Origin: Macrostomum lignano
Taxonomy: Eukaryota
Assembly: GCA_002269645.1 (NCBI GenBank)
Contig: NIVC01001225.1
Location: 1-64,000, forward strand
Reading direction: 5' to 3'
Length of the DNA stretch: 64,000 nt
The notes under the pieces are model-generated. The model was not told where the DNA came from. It saw nothing but the letters and a program-made list of their open reading frames with translations, and made no database searches. Positions 23,206-35,544 of the stretch are shown in pieces (positions within the stretch are counted from its first letter, which is position 1; each line of letters starts with the position of its first letter). Both the position numbers and the translations under genes were made by a program.

Positions 23206-25739
23206 GACTCGTCTCGTATATCGATCGTATACTCGATTATATATGCTCTTGATTATACACGTGTTATGTGTATGAAACTTGACAGAAGTATGCGAAATTA
23301 AAAACCGTTATTTTTGTGCGTCACATGATCGATCGATGTCTATACCGATACATACATGTGAGTGTAAAACAGTTATAAAGAGTGCCACTTAAGAGATACT
23401 GCAGCAGTACATGTATGTCTCTTGCATACAAATCCATTAATTTAACTGTTTTATCAATTTTCATTCCGTTCAGTAGTCATAATGCCGTATTGATGTTTAG
23501 TTTTATCTAATGACAAAAACAGGATCGGTGGCAGAAGATATATATACATGCAATATGCATTTGTAGCTGCTATATGACGAAATATCAGAATTCAAAAGAG
23601 TATTAGTATTTATTGCGCGAATTAGTAGTCGTACAATGTAAAATTTGGAAGGAAGATTGTTACTACAATTGTCTTAAAACGTAAACATCGTGTAATTTTA
23701 GGGGGGGGGGCAATATCCTGAAAATATAGACAGTGGAGATAAGAAAATCACTTTTTGATGACAAAATCTATAATTGCAGCGAAGATGACCATTCCTTTAA
23801 TTTAGAATGCACAATTAGGTTACTCTGTTGTATTGTATACAGTGGTGTAGTGAAAGTAAACTTTTCCTATTGTTTTCTTTTTATAAATCCAAACCCAAAG
23901 TTGACGTATACACATGTACGTGTATGTATACTCCAGTAGGTGCTGATCTAATTTGAATCCAGTAGAATCCAGTAGTAGTAGTTTTTAAAATAGGATTTGT
24001 ACGCTTTCCTTCCAGTGGGTCTTAATTTACGATTAATTTAGCGTACAATCGAAATCTGACATCATTTCTACAAATATCAAGGAAAGCGTATTTCACAACT
24101 TGATGAAACATCATTTTTAAATGCAACATGACAAGAACTTTGTATTTTTGCTATAGTTAGCTTCAATATTAAAATTATTATTTAACTTATTCTTAATAGT
24201 AAGACTGGTAACGACTTTTTGTTTAATTAATATAAAGCTACTCAAGACTATTTAAAGTTAGGTTTCGCTGAATGACCACATGCATCGGACTATTCGGACT
24301 ATATACAATCGACTATCGGCACGCCAATATTGACAAGCTCAAACCAGTGCAAAAATACTCTTTTTTAGCCCGGTTCTAGTCTTTTTACGTAATTTCTTTC
24401 TTCACTTCTTCTGTAACAACGAAACAGAAAAATGAAGTGATTGCTCCAATTCACTAGTTTCTTCAAAGGCTTCAGTAAGAATATTTATCATTTGCTTACA
24501 GAAGCAAAGAAGATATGAAACTGTAAGTATTTTTATATTTGTGTATTTTAGCTAACATACCAGTTAGTAATAAAAGAATAAGCCTAAACATGGCCACCAT
24601 TATTTCTAAAATTCTGTTTCTGAGTACAATGTCATTGTATAGCTCAAGATAGCCTTTGAAATTCTATTACAGCTACATGTCATAAGTCATAATTGATTCT
24701 AGTGATGGTCAAAAGTCTGCTTTTGCAGACTTTTTTTGCAGAAAGTTTTGCAGACTTGCAGACCATTGGTTAGTACCATGGGTGAAGGAATATTTTGGAT
24801 TGCTTATCTGAAATAATCTATGGTCACTTTGGCCTATGAAAACTATGAAAGGAAAAAATAATCCTATAGGCCCTATAATAGATAGGACTTAACTTGTTGC
24901 TAAGCTTTTAAGAATCCAAAAATGCATCTAACATACCTGATTCAATAGCAAATAAAATCTTATAGCCCAAGGGATTTTTAACTTTAATCTACCTATAGGT
25001 TTACAGCAGGGATAATTTCAAGTTTTAGATGAGTAATCCATGGATTCTTTCATCTATAGTTAATGCTAAGTCCAATTAAATTCATTTAAATCACAATTTT
25101 ATAATCACTCTATATTTCTATCTGTAGGCCTATATAATGAAGACATTTTGTAGCATTGCCATTAGATAGATTTATATTTGTAGTTTTATTTATTGATTCC
25201 TTTTTTAGTTTAAACAAGTATTTAAAATTAAATTTAAACAATATTTTTTGGAAACCCAATAGCCAAAAACAACTTACCTTTGCTATATAAGAAAGTATTA
25301 ATAAATTTTAGATAATTTTGCAATATAGTAAAAATTAAATCAAAGAGTGATTTTTCTTATCTCTTACTTTTTTGTAAGCCATAATAATATTGCCCATAGT
25401 ATATTAGGTTTTCTTATTAAACTTATTTTTTGCAAATATATACATAGAAATTAAAAGTGAAATTTGTATGTCTACTTGTTGAACAATATTTATAGTGATT
25501 TTTTTAGATGGCTTGACCAAATATTTTAATTGGTTATATGATATCAATTGATAAAAATCATATATATTTTTATCAAGGTGATGTCTGCCTTTGTCTTTAA
25601 GTTTTCTTGTTAGAGCTAGACATTTGTAATTATTTGAATTATATTTTACATTGTTTGTGAATGTTCACTTTTTCTGCTCATTTATATATTTGGTTATACA
25701 TGACTGTCATTTTATCTTAATAAATTTTAGGGTGAAGAC

Positions 25740-28700
25740 ATGAAGAAACATGATGGGCTCCTGGCATTACTCATTCTGCTGTTCTGTCAGGCCTTAATTA
25801 GCAGCAATGCAATTAAAATTGCATCAGAGTACGAGTTCTCTCAGCAGCACTACAATGCAACAGTGTTCAAGTTCAAGAACACGCCTGTCCAGCCGCAGCG
25901 GACGCTCATCAGTTTAAAGACAGACAAGGCTGTCTCTTTCAGAGTAGCTGACGATAATTTCGTCAACTTCTTCGTGCCATGGTCGGAGCATGTCGCCGGG
26001 GTCACATTCCTGCGTTTGCGCACGACCAACCTCGCTGCCAGCAGTCGAAATTTCACTGGCACCCTTGCTGTTCCAATCTCTGCCGAAATTGCTGGCGTTC
26101 CAACAGTTTCGCCTCGATGCATTCTCTATTTGAAGGTGTTGGCAGTCACCGAGCTGTGCCCATTCATTTCGGCAATCTCTTACACCTTTAGCATCGATTC
26201 CACCCAGAGTCTGTTCTCCACCATCGGTCACGTGCAGGTTGAAGTACCCTCCGGAGGCGAAACGTCGTACGTGCTCTACCTGCGGGACTTGTCTCCTGTG
26301 TTTACTCTGAATCCACACACCGGAGCCTTAGTACTCACCAGCCGTCCGCTACAGAAAGAATACAAGCTTCGTGCTATTGTTGTCAATCCGAAGACGCGTA
26401 GCTGTCCGATTACAGAGAACTATAGTGATGTACTGGTGACTGTCATAGTAAAAGATTTGGATAGGGTATCTGTGCAACAAATTACTGGTACCGTGAACGT
26501 CCTAAACCATGTGAATAATTTAGGCAAGGCTGGCAGTGTATTTGCGTGGCTTAATCTCACTGGAGCAAGCAATAGGTCTTCTGTTCAGATACTAAACAGC
26601 GAAGCTAACAACTACTTCGAATTTGTGCACACCTCCGATTCTGCGTATCGACTGCAGCTGCGCAACGATTTCAGTTTTTCTCCCAGTGTGTCCCAGCGGC
26701 AATTCAACGTGAACTTTTCTGTTACTGATCCGGTTGATCAGGGCCAGCATTTTACGGGAAACTTCATTGTTAATCCTAACGATCGTAGTCTTCTTGGAAT
26801 CGACCCCACTAACTTGGAATTTTTCGTATCCGTTCCAGAGTGTATGCCAGTTGGGTCTATTATCTTCCAGTTTCATTCTACTATCTATAATCAGACGCTG
26901 CCGCACATTAAATATCGCTACAACATGCTGCAAGGCAATTCTTACGTACATCTAGATGAAGACACGGGTGTCCTTGTTATCAAGTCGCCACTAGACGCTG
27001 AATCTGCTCCGAAGCTGTCTATATTTGCTCGAATTCGCGATGCAGAAACCTAAGACGACTAATATTTCACACTCTCACAGTTGATGTGACTGACTGCAAC
27101 GAATTCGCGCCCTCAATCGCGAACAATGCAACAGTTCATTCCGTATCTGAGTCGGCAACGGTAGGAACTACGGTTTTAACGGTAGACGCTGATGATGCAG
27201 ACGCCACACCGAGCGACTTGATCGTAAGCATTGCTGAAAGTCCCGAAGTTCCCTTTGGCATTGTCGGGAAACGAATTGTGGTCAGTCGGTCTCTAGACTC
27301 AGAAACAATGGCCGCAAACTATACTCTCTATGTGAGAGTCTCTGATCAGGGCCAGCCAATTCCAAGGGAATCACTAGCTATCTATTATGTCAATATTAAT
27401 CCAGAAGACGAGTTTCGTCCGGAATTCGAGTCGGACTCTTGTGTTGTCGACCTATTGCGAAGCGATAAAAGCTTCGAGACAGGACATTTTCCAGCTCTGG
27501 ATCTCGACTATCCATTTGCACCGGTGACTTACAAAATCTTCGACGATCCTCTTGGTGGCAGATGTTTTACAATTAGTAGCACAACTGGCAATTTAAAACT
27601 AGTATGTGACCTAAATGGAGTGATAAATGATCAAATTGTGCTCTCTATAGTTGCCACTGACCGTGCGGGTCGCGAGTCGCCAAAGTTGCGTGTGCGATTC
27701 AACATCTTAGACAATTTGCAGTTTCTACCAAAAGAACGCGCTGTGTTCAGCACGTACGTAGTGTTACGAATTATATGAGGCTAACAAAAAGGCGCGCAAT
27801 AGTCACGAAGTGTCTGTTCAAATGTTTGAATCATTACAGTCTCGGTCTTTTGGTGATCACTTGCCTAACCGGCCACCGTTGTTGAACTCCGTGCTGTCGT
27901 CGTTTTCTGTTCCAGAAAATATTGGAATCGGACAAACAGTGGCCAGTTTTTTTGCAGAGGATCAGGATCCTTATGGATCTTACAATGGTCGTCTGCAGTT
28001 TCGCATTGATTCTGGGAACATTGGCTACGCATTCAATGTTACTCAGAGGCTCGATAAGTTTTCAACTGATGAAACAGACGACAGTGAAGGCTCTAGGCGC
28101 GTCAGCTTAGTTGTTCTAAATGAATTAGATAGAGAGAAACGTGAGACCTACATGCTTAACATTACTGTGTGCGATATGGGCGAGCCAAGTTATTGCTCCA
28201 CATTATCTCACGTAATGATTCGCGTGTTAGACGTCAATGACAACTCGCCACTGCTTGAATCGCCAGTATTTGATGTCACTGTTCCCGAGGACACGCCGAT
28301 TGGTACTGAGATTTGTCGATTTTCCGCTACGGATCCTGACGCCGGTTCCAACGGAACTGTCCGATACAGCGTCAGCGATACGAACGCCTTTTCAATCAAT
28401 TCAAACACTGGCGTCCTGCGCACAGCATCTCGAGACCTGCTAGATCGTGAGTCCGTCTCGGTATACGATCTTCTAGTGCGCGCGCACGACAGCGGGCAGC
28501 CCGAGCGCAGCTCGGAGCTGCACTTCCGTGTAAACATTGCCGACGAGAATGATCATGCGCCTACTTTCATCACGAAGAGTCCCGGTCCAAGTAGCAGCGA
28601 GAGACTGGCGTTAACTATCAGCGAGGACATTCCTGTCAATTCTTTTCTGACTCGACTCATTGCCGTTGACAGCGACTATGGTGAAAACGGACGCATTGTG

Positions 28701-31700
28701 TACAGCCTGTCTGGCGTACCGAAAGTTCTGTCGCACTTTGTAATCGACCAGGACTCGGGCTGCCTGTACTTAGCCAAGCCTTTGTCGGCAGCGCTGTCGC
28801 CCTATCAATTGTTTGTGGACGCCAGAGACTCTGCGATAGCGCCGAAGCGGAGCAGAATCTCTCTAAACATCAACGTTGTTGCAGCGGTGCCTCCGCCAGT
28901 TTATATAATCTTCTCCGAAGCTGTCTACTCATTTTCATTAAGTGAAGATGTAAGAGTTGGTACATCGGTGGGTCGCATTAATACTACAATTTATCCTAAT
29001 ATCGCCGCATCCAGCAGTATCACCGTTGGCTATGTTATCACGTCGGGTAGTGGACTTGGACGATTCACTATTGACCAGACTGGTGAGTTTTCATTGGAAG
29101 TTATTTGTGGCCTAGGAATTGCATTCCAGTGCGGCAAAGTGGGATAAGATGGACCACAGGTTATTTGCTCATTTTCTTTTCTGCTTAGACTGCCGTAGAC
29201 CCTGCTCTGCTAAGCCCGCATGAGTCATGGGCGAGGAGAGCTAGCCGGGCCGCCCTCTTATGTCACGAGAGTCCCAGTTCCCCTAGGCCTAGCTAAACTC
29301 TTGTTCCCCACTCCTAGAGAGTCGCCCCGGCCCCCTTTTTGCTTTCCTATGGTCCCCTCTGCCAGATGTCTCTGTTAGACGAAGAAACGCACAGCTCGAG
29401 TAGCGGGGCAGAGAGGCGAGCTGTCCAGCCTGGGCAGTGATGAGGCATTATTGCGCGTGGCTGAAACAGGCAAAAGACTTAATACACAGCTGCTGGCTAG
29501 CTGAGCTCTTCCCTTGGCCTAATCGGCGTCGCTTCCGGGTTTTTCTTGTTGAAATGTTTGGTCTTCGTGCCTGTTTTAACTTCAAACAAAAGCTGTGGCG
29601 CTAGTTTGTTTATCTATAATGCAGCTCTTTTGTTCTTTGCCGAGTGGCGCCTGCTATTAATGGCACAATAGCTTGAATTGACTCTAGAATAACACAGTTT
29701 TGTCCCCCCCTCGGGGGTTAGTTGGATATAACAATCGGTAAGAAGGACCAACGCAGATATGACAACTCGATGGCTTAAGCCCGAAGTAAATAGCGTTTGC
29801 TTGTTAGTCTCGGAGAACCTTAGAAAGCTGAATGAAATGTGGGATCCTAATTCTCGGAGACCTGCTGCTTGGCTCTCCTGAGAGAATCGGATCGTGTCTG
29901 CAGGTGGGGTTTGGGGTCGAGCTTAAGCGAGCAATCGTGTATTGCTATCGGCTGTTTCGCCACGGCCCTGTATGTAACACGTGTGCAAGCATGACCGCAG
30001 TGTGTAGATATGGTGGCCTGGGCGCATGATTAAGTGGGGCTCCCTTCGTCCCTCTGAATTCAATAATTTGCAACAGGGCGCGGACAGCGTGTCGACTCTC
30101 TGCGGGTCTCTTAAGCCATCTATCCTTCATCATCCGGTACCCGGTGTTTTTTGTGTTTCTTTTTCGATTTTGTCAGCAAAAAATTTGCCTCAGTCAGTCT
30201 CACTGTACGTCTGATGCTTCGTTAAATTCGTCATCATTCATCAATAATTTCATCTAACTCCACTCCACGGAAAAGTTTCTCTTGAACAGCAATAGCCAAC
30301 CTATAAAGCAGGCCACAAAGAGAAAAAATGGCGTGAGAGTGCATTTTGAAGAGAGGCGGCGAGTTTTGGTGGCTGTTGGTGTCCAGAATCGGTGTCTATT
30401 CACTCTCATCTGCGACTGCTATTTATGAAAATACTGTACGATTCGAAATATTCGTATAAGGACTTGGATATTTAGACGTATTCGCATACACAAAATTCAG
30501 ATAAACGATTAGTAATTTAATTCAAAATCAAATATTGAGTGACAGGCTTTACTTTGTCAAACCAAAAAACTCTTAATTCTAAAAGCACTAAATTAATGCC
30601 CCCTAATTTTGTGTCTAAAGGCTTAGTTGGCAGGAAAACTCTTCCAGCTCTGCTTGCCCCTGGGTCTTTCTCATTACTAACCTGGAAAAAGACTGTGTTG
30701 CATGTCTCTTCTGCTTTCTGCCTTCACTAATTAACTATCGGTAGTGCCGGAAGGAAAGCCTAGTAAAACAGGCTGTATAATAATACTATAGAGAGCTTTT
30801 ACACCTGTATTTTACCTACAGTTTGTAGCTAATATAAGTAAGCTCTCCTGTTTCGATACAATCTACGTAATAGTTAATTAAACCGTGTTCTTTGTTTCTT
30901 TTGCTACAATAGTTTCATAATACGACTAAAATATTTGTTATGTTTTCATTGGACCTAGAATCCTACGTAAGTAAGTTCTCTTTATACAACCTCACATCTG
31001 TTTCTCCCAGCTACGTGCGTGAATCGCGTGCGTCAATTAGAAACGTATGGCGCTTAATTTCCTGTTAATGCTAAGCACCTCTTACCTAGTGCATTCCCAT
31101 TTTGGTCTTAATTTTCCTAGGGGGTAATTCCCTTGACTACCCTTAAAAATATAAAAATAGTCCATGGTATAGGGCAAAAGCTAATGGGCGCTAAGGCTGA
31201 TTATTGTCTATTTTTCATCCCCAAAAAAGCGCCCGAATTTTCTGTCGCTCTGCATGGCAAATGAAATCAGATCGACTGGAAATTGCACGTTAGCGCTGCG
31301 GCGTCTTTAGGGGGGGGGGGTCGTCGGGTGGGTTAGGCGGGGCAGCCCAAGGGAAAGGCTAGTCAACACCGTTGCGGATTCCGCACTGTTGTACCTCGTA
31401 TAGCCGGCTGGCTTTGTACTTTTACTAAAGAAATTTCTACAGCACTTATTCGTTAGTCAGGTATACTGTATGTACTTTGCGCAAGAAGAAACGAAAGAAA
31501 AAGCAGCAAAAATAATCTACAAGTCCCAAATTTTCGGCGTGGTTTAGAAAGTCCTTTTCTGCAGTTATTAGCGCAATTTTTCATTGATTGCATAAATCGA
31601 TAAACATAAATTGTGATCTAATTAGATGACGAGGCATTTTGTCATAGTTGCTCCCGCCGTTTACCCCGCCGCATAATGTTTTCGTCACGACTCACCAACA

Positions 31701-34700
31701 GGCGAGATTCGCACTAGAATTCCGCTGGACAGGGAGAGCCAGCCGGCCGGCTTGTGGCTCACAGTGCACGCCTATCTGCTGGCCGGCCAGACCGTGGTCA
31801 CCCACGCTGAGGAGAAGATCTCAATCTGCCAGGTGTACATCAACCTAGAGGATGTGAATGACTATCGACCGATGCCAACTGAGCAGACGCACTACAGGCT
31901 GCAGCTGGTGGAGGCCGCTCCGGCCGGCACTGTACTGCTTAGCAGCATACCGGCTATGGACCAGGATCTGGGCGACAATGCCAGCATAGTTTATGCCATT
32001 ACCGACGGCAATACTGCGGGACATTTTCGTATCGACCCTGAGACAGGTGAGAATATCTGAGCTTATCTCATTAGTACTAGTGTGAAAACTAGCACATAAC
32101 TATGCAGCTGCTTGAAAAGGTGCTAATTGTTTCGCTAATAATAAAACACCTGTCATAATTTTATAAGGCGTTTGTATATACTTTGCACGGCGTAAAGCTA
32201 AATTGTGTCCTATTGTGTCTCTCACACCTCTAGGCCGGTTGACAACAACAGAATTGGCAGTTGATCGCGAAGTAGCCGACCAATTCCTGCTGACTGTCAG
32301 CCTCGCTGACCGGGGCGCGCCGCCTCTCAGCACCGACCTGCTAGTGGAGATTGCCGTATCGGATTTAAACGATTCACCGCCTAAGTTTGTACGGCCGCTG
32401 TTCCAGGTCACGGCTATTGCTGACAGCTCAGCTGAGGGGACGTCAAACGGTGAGAGTTAATTGGATGATGCCGATGATGGCTCAAATGCGATCCTGCGCC
32501 ATCCGCTCTACCTACTGCATTAATAATTATTGGATTAAGTTAATTTAATCTGTCACAGATGCTTAGATGGGACTGGGAAATGATTTATCACTAGTAGGCT
32601 TTTTAGTTCCCTCTCTGGAACAGCTGATGCCCAACTTTTATTGCCATTGAGACATCTACTAAGCCGGTGGTAATACGCTAATTTAATAAGGAATGCCTCC
32701 ATGCCACTCTATGGGGCCCTTTTAGTGCGCGTGTACTTTAAACATTTGCCTGCCGCCCTCAGATGACGAGCAAGTCCTGCTGACTCGCCTGCCAGCCGTC
32801 GACAAGGACCTGCTAGAGAATGCCACCATTCTGTACTCGCTGCAGCCGTCTGGGTCCGGGGTTCGAATCTCTAAATCTACAGGCGAATTGAGCATCTCTC
32901 CCAGGCTGCTCAGATTAGATACTGGCGTCGGTTCCAATATGATGACATTCACCGTGGTTGCTAAGGACGCCGGCAGGCTGGAGCTGTCAGCGATGGCTTC
33001 TGTCAAGCTGACGATCGAGCAGCAGCAGCCGACTTTGCCGGAGCCCGACGCTGGCACAGCTGTCGACTTGTTTCAAATTGATGTCTCCGGCGGCGACGGC
33101 GCCGATGCGGTTGTCCGATTGTTCGACAATCTGGCGCTGGAGGACAGCGTGCCGAGATTGTTGGTCACACCGGCTGTTACCATGGCAACTAAAATGCTGT
33201 TTACTCTCACTGGTGAGTTTGTGAAGATTTCTTATACCTATCTATACTGACATCTAATTCATTTTTTACCTGGCAGGCTATCCCATATTCCAAAGCATAG
33301 TCTATCCCATAATCCAAAGCATAGTCTATTCCATATTTCAAAGCAAAGTCTATCCCATATTCCAAAGCATAGTCTATCCCATATTCCAAAGCATAGTCTA
33401 TCCCATATTCCAAAGCATAGTCTATCCCATATTCCAAAGCATAGTCTATCCCATATTCCAAAGCATAGTCTATCCCATATTCCAAAGCATAGTCTATCCC
33501 ATATTCCAAAGCATAGTCTATCCCATATTCCAAAGCATAGTCTATCCCATATTCCAAAGCATAGTCTATCCCATATTCCAAAGCATAGTCTATCCCATAA
33601 TCCAAAGCATAGTCTATCCCATATTCCAAAGCATAGTCTATCCCATATTCCAAAGCATAGTCTATCCCATATTCCAAAGCATAGTCTATCCCATAATCCA
33701 ACACATAGTCTATCCCATATTCCAAAGCATAGTCTATCCCATAATCCAACACATAGTCTATCCCTTATTCAACCACATCGTCTAACAAAGCTTCATATTC
33801 ATTCTCTACTCTGTATATGTAGTTGAAATTATACTCAAAAATACTCGTATTTGCGCCTATTATATTTTATTATATAGTATATCACAGTGTACGGTATTTT
33901 CAGTAGCTGTTATTTAATGTGCAAGCTTAGGGTAATCCAGCACTCTAGCTAGCCATAAAGTTATGTTTTATGCGAATTTTCATCGTTCAGTTACACAATA
34001 GAAAGCTGTGGCCGTTTCTTAGCCAGCTGCCCAATGCGCTAGCCTAAGACCATTCATTCATTCGTCTGCTCCATCGCGCTTTGCAGGCCGGGGCAGCGAA
34101 GATTTCTACATGCCGCAGGCTGGCGGCCGGCTGCAGCTCATCAGGCGGCTCAGCCACGCCCGTCAGGCGGTTTACAATCTCACTGTTGGCGCCAGACTCG
34201 GTGCTCGCTTGCAGACCAAATCGGTGAGATTGATGCGTTACCTGAGTTGATTATTTGAGAATGTTTGAAAATTCCCAGATAAAGGGCATGGGAGAATTTG
34301 GGGTCTGGCCGGATGACCTAGATGTTGCCTGAGGCACTGATAGTGTCCCACTGAAAGCATTGATAACCTTTAACACCTGAGCCACTGATAGTGTCCCACT
34401 GAAAGCATTGATAACCTTAAACACCTGAGGCACTGATAATGTCCCACTGAAAGCATTGATAACCTTTAACACCTGAGGCACTGATAATGTCCCACTGAAA
34501 GCATTGATAACCTTAAACACCTGAGGCACTGATAGTGTCCCACTGAAAGCATTGATAACCTTTAACACCTGAGCCACTGATAGTGTCCCACTGAAGGCAT
34601 TGATAACCTTTAACACCTGAGCCACTGATAGTGTCCCACTGAAGGCATTGATAACCTTCAACACCTGAGGCACTGATAAGTTCCCACTGAAGGAAGTGAC

Positions 34701-35513
34701 CTTTAGGAGATCAGGAGAAATCCAAGAGTGCTGCATGGTGCTATCAGCTGCAGGTAGTGAGTGAGTCAGTAAAAGTCATCCCAGTGTGTCAGACACCCCC
34801 TTCCCTGTGCCATTCTGCTTGTGGATTTCGTTGGTCCGACCTGAATAGCGCGCAATGTCTCTATTCTGCGCATATTTGCTTTTTATTATATGAAAGCGTT
34901 GCCGCATTGCCTTAGCTATAGACCAGGATAGTGCTATAGACCAGCTATAGGTGGTAGCATAGGTAAAGCACTCGAACTGCCTTATAAAGGCATTCGATAG
35001 GCTTAGGATATAGTGGATTCGGAATACAATCTAGTCAGCCCAAGGTGAAATCGAATTGCGCCGCGGCGGTCTGGTGGCGTAGGGCGAGACTGGGGAGGAT
35101 GGGTGGAGAGATAGGGGGGGGGGACAATTAAATAAGGCGTAAGGATAAGCAGATAGGGAATGGATTGAATTTGAGTGCAATGCTACATTATATATGCTGC
35201 GTCCAGTGGAGAGGGGGGTTGAAAGTTCTCTGCCGATTTTTTCATTTTAAGTAGCGATTTCTTTTCCGTGCGTGTGTTTATATTGTAGCTGTATAGCTAT
35301 GTGGCGTATCCTATCTGCCGGCGCTGGTTACAAGGAAAGGCATTCTGTCTAAGTGGGGCTGTAGGCTAAACTTGTGATAAAAGCGACACTAAAAGATGAA
35401 GGAGAGATTAGTAGGAATAAACAAAAAAGCTGGAGTAGGGAGAAGGACAGGCATACAGACAGATCGAAGTAGGGAAACAGACAGGCAGACAGAAGAGGAG
35501 TGGGCAAACAGGC

Positions 35514-35544
<31 letters not shown>

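Noticed and set aside
27050-27080. Small intron ending at CTCTCACAG in the first Fat coding exon
   Set aside because: There is no suitable GT donor; a +1 correction gives continuous cadherin-like sequence.
33207-34736. DYALEYGI and VLKVINAFSGTLSVPQ repeat ORFs on the minus strand
   Set aside because: 24- and 48-bp minisatellites that are stop-free in one frame by chance; they are antisense within Fat introns and lack splice or promoter support.
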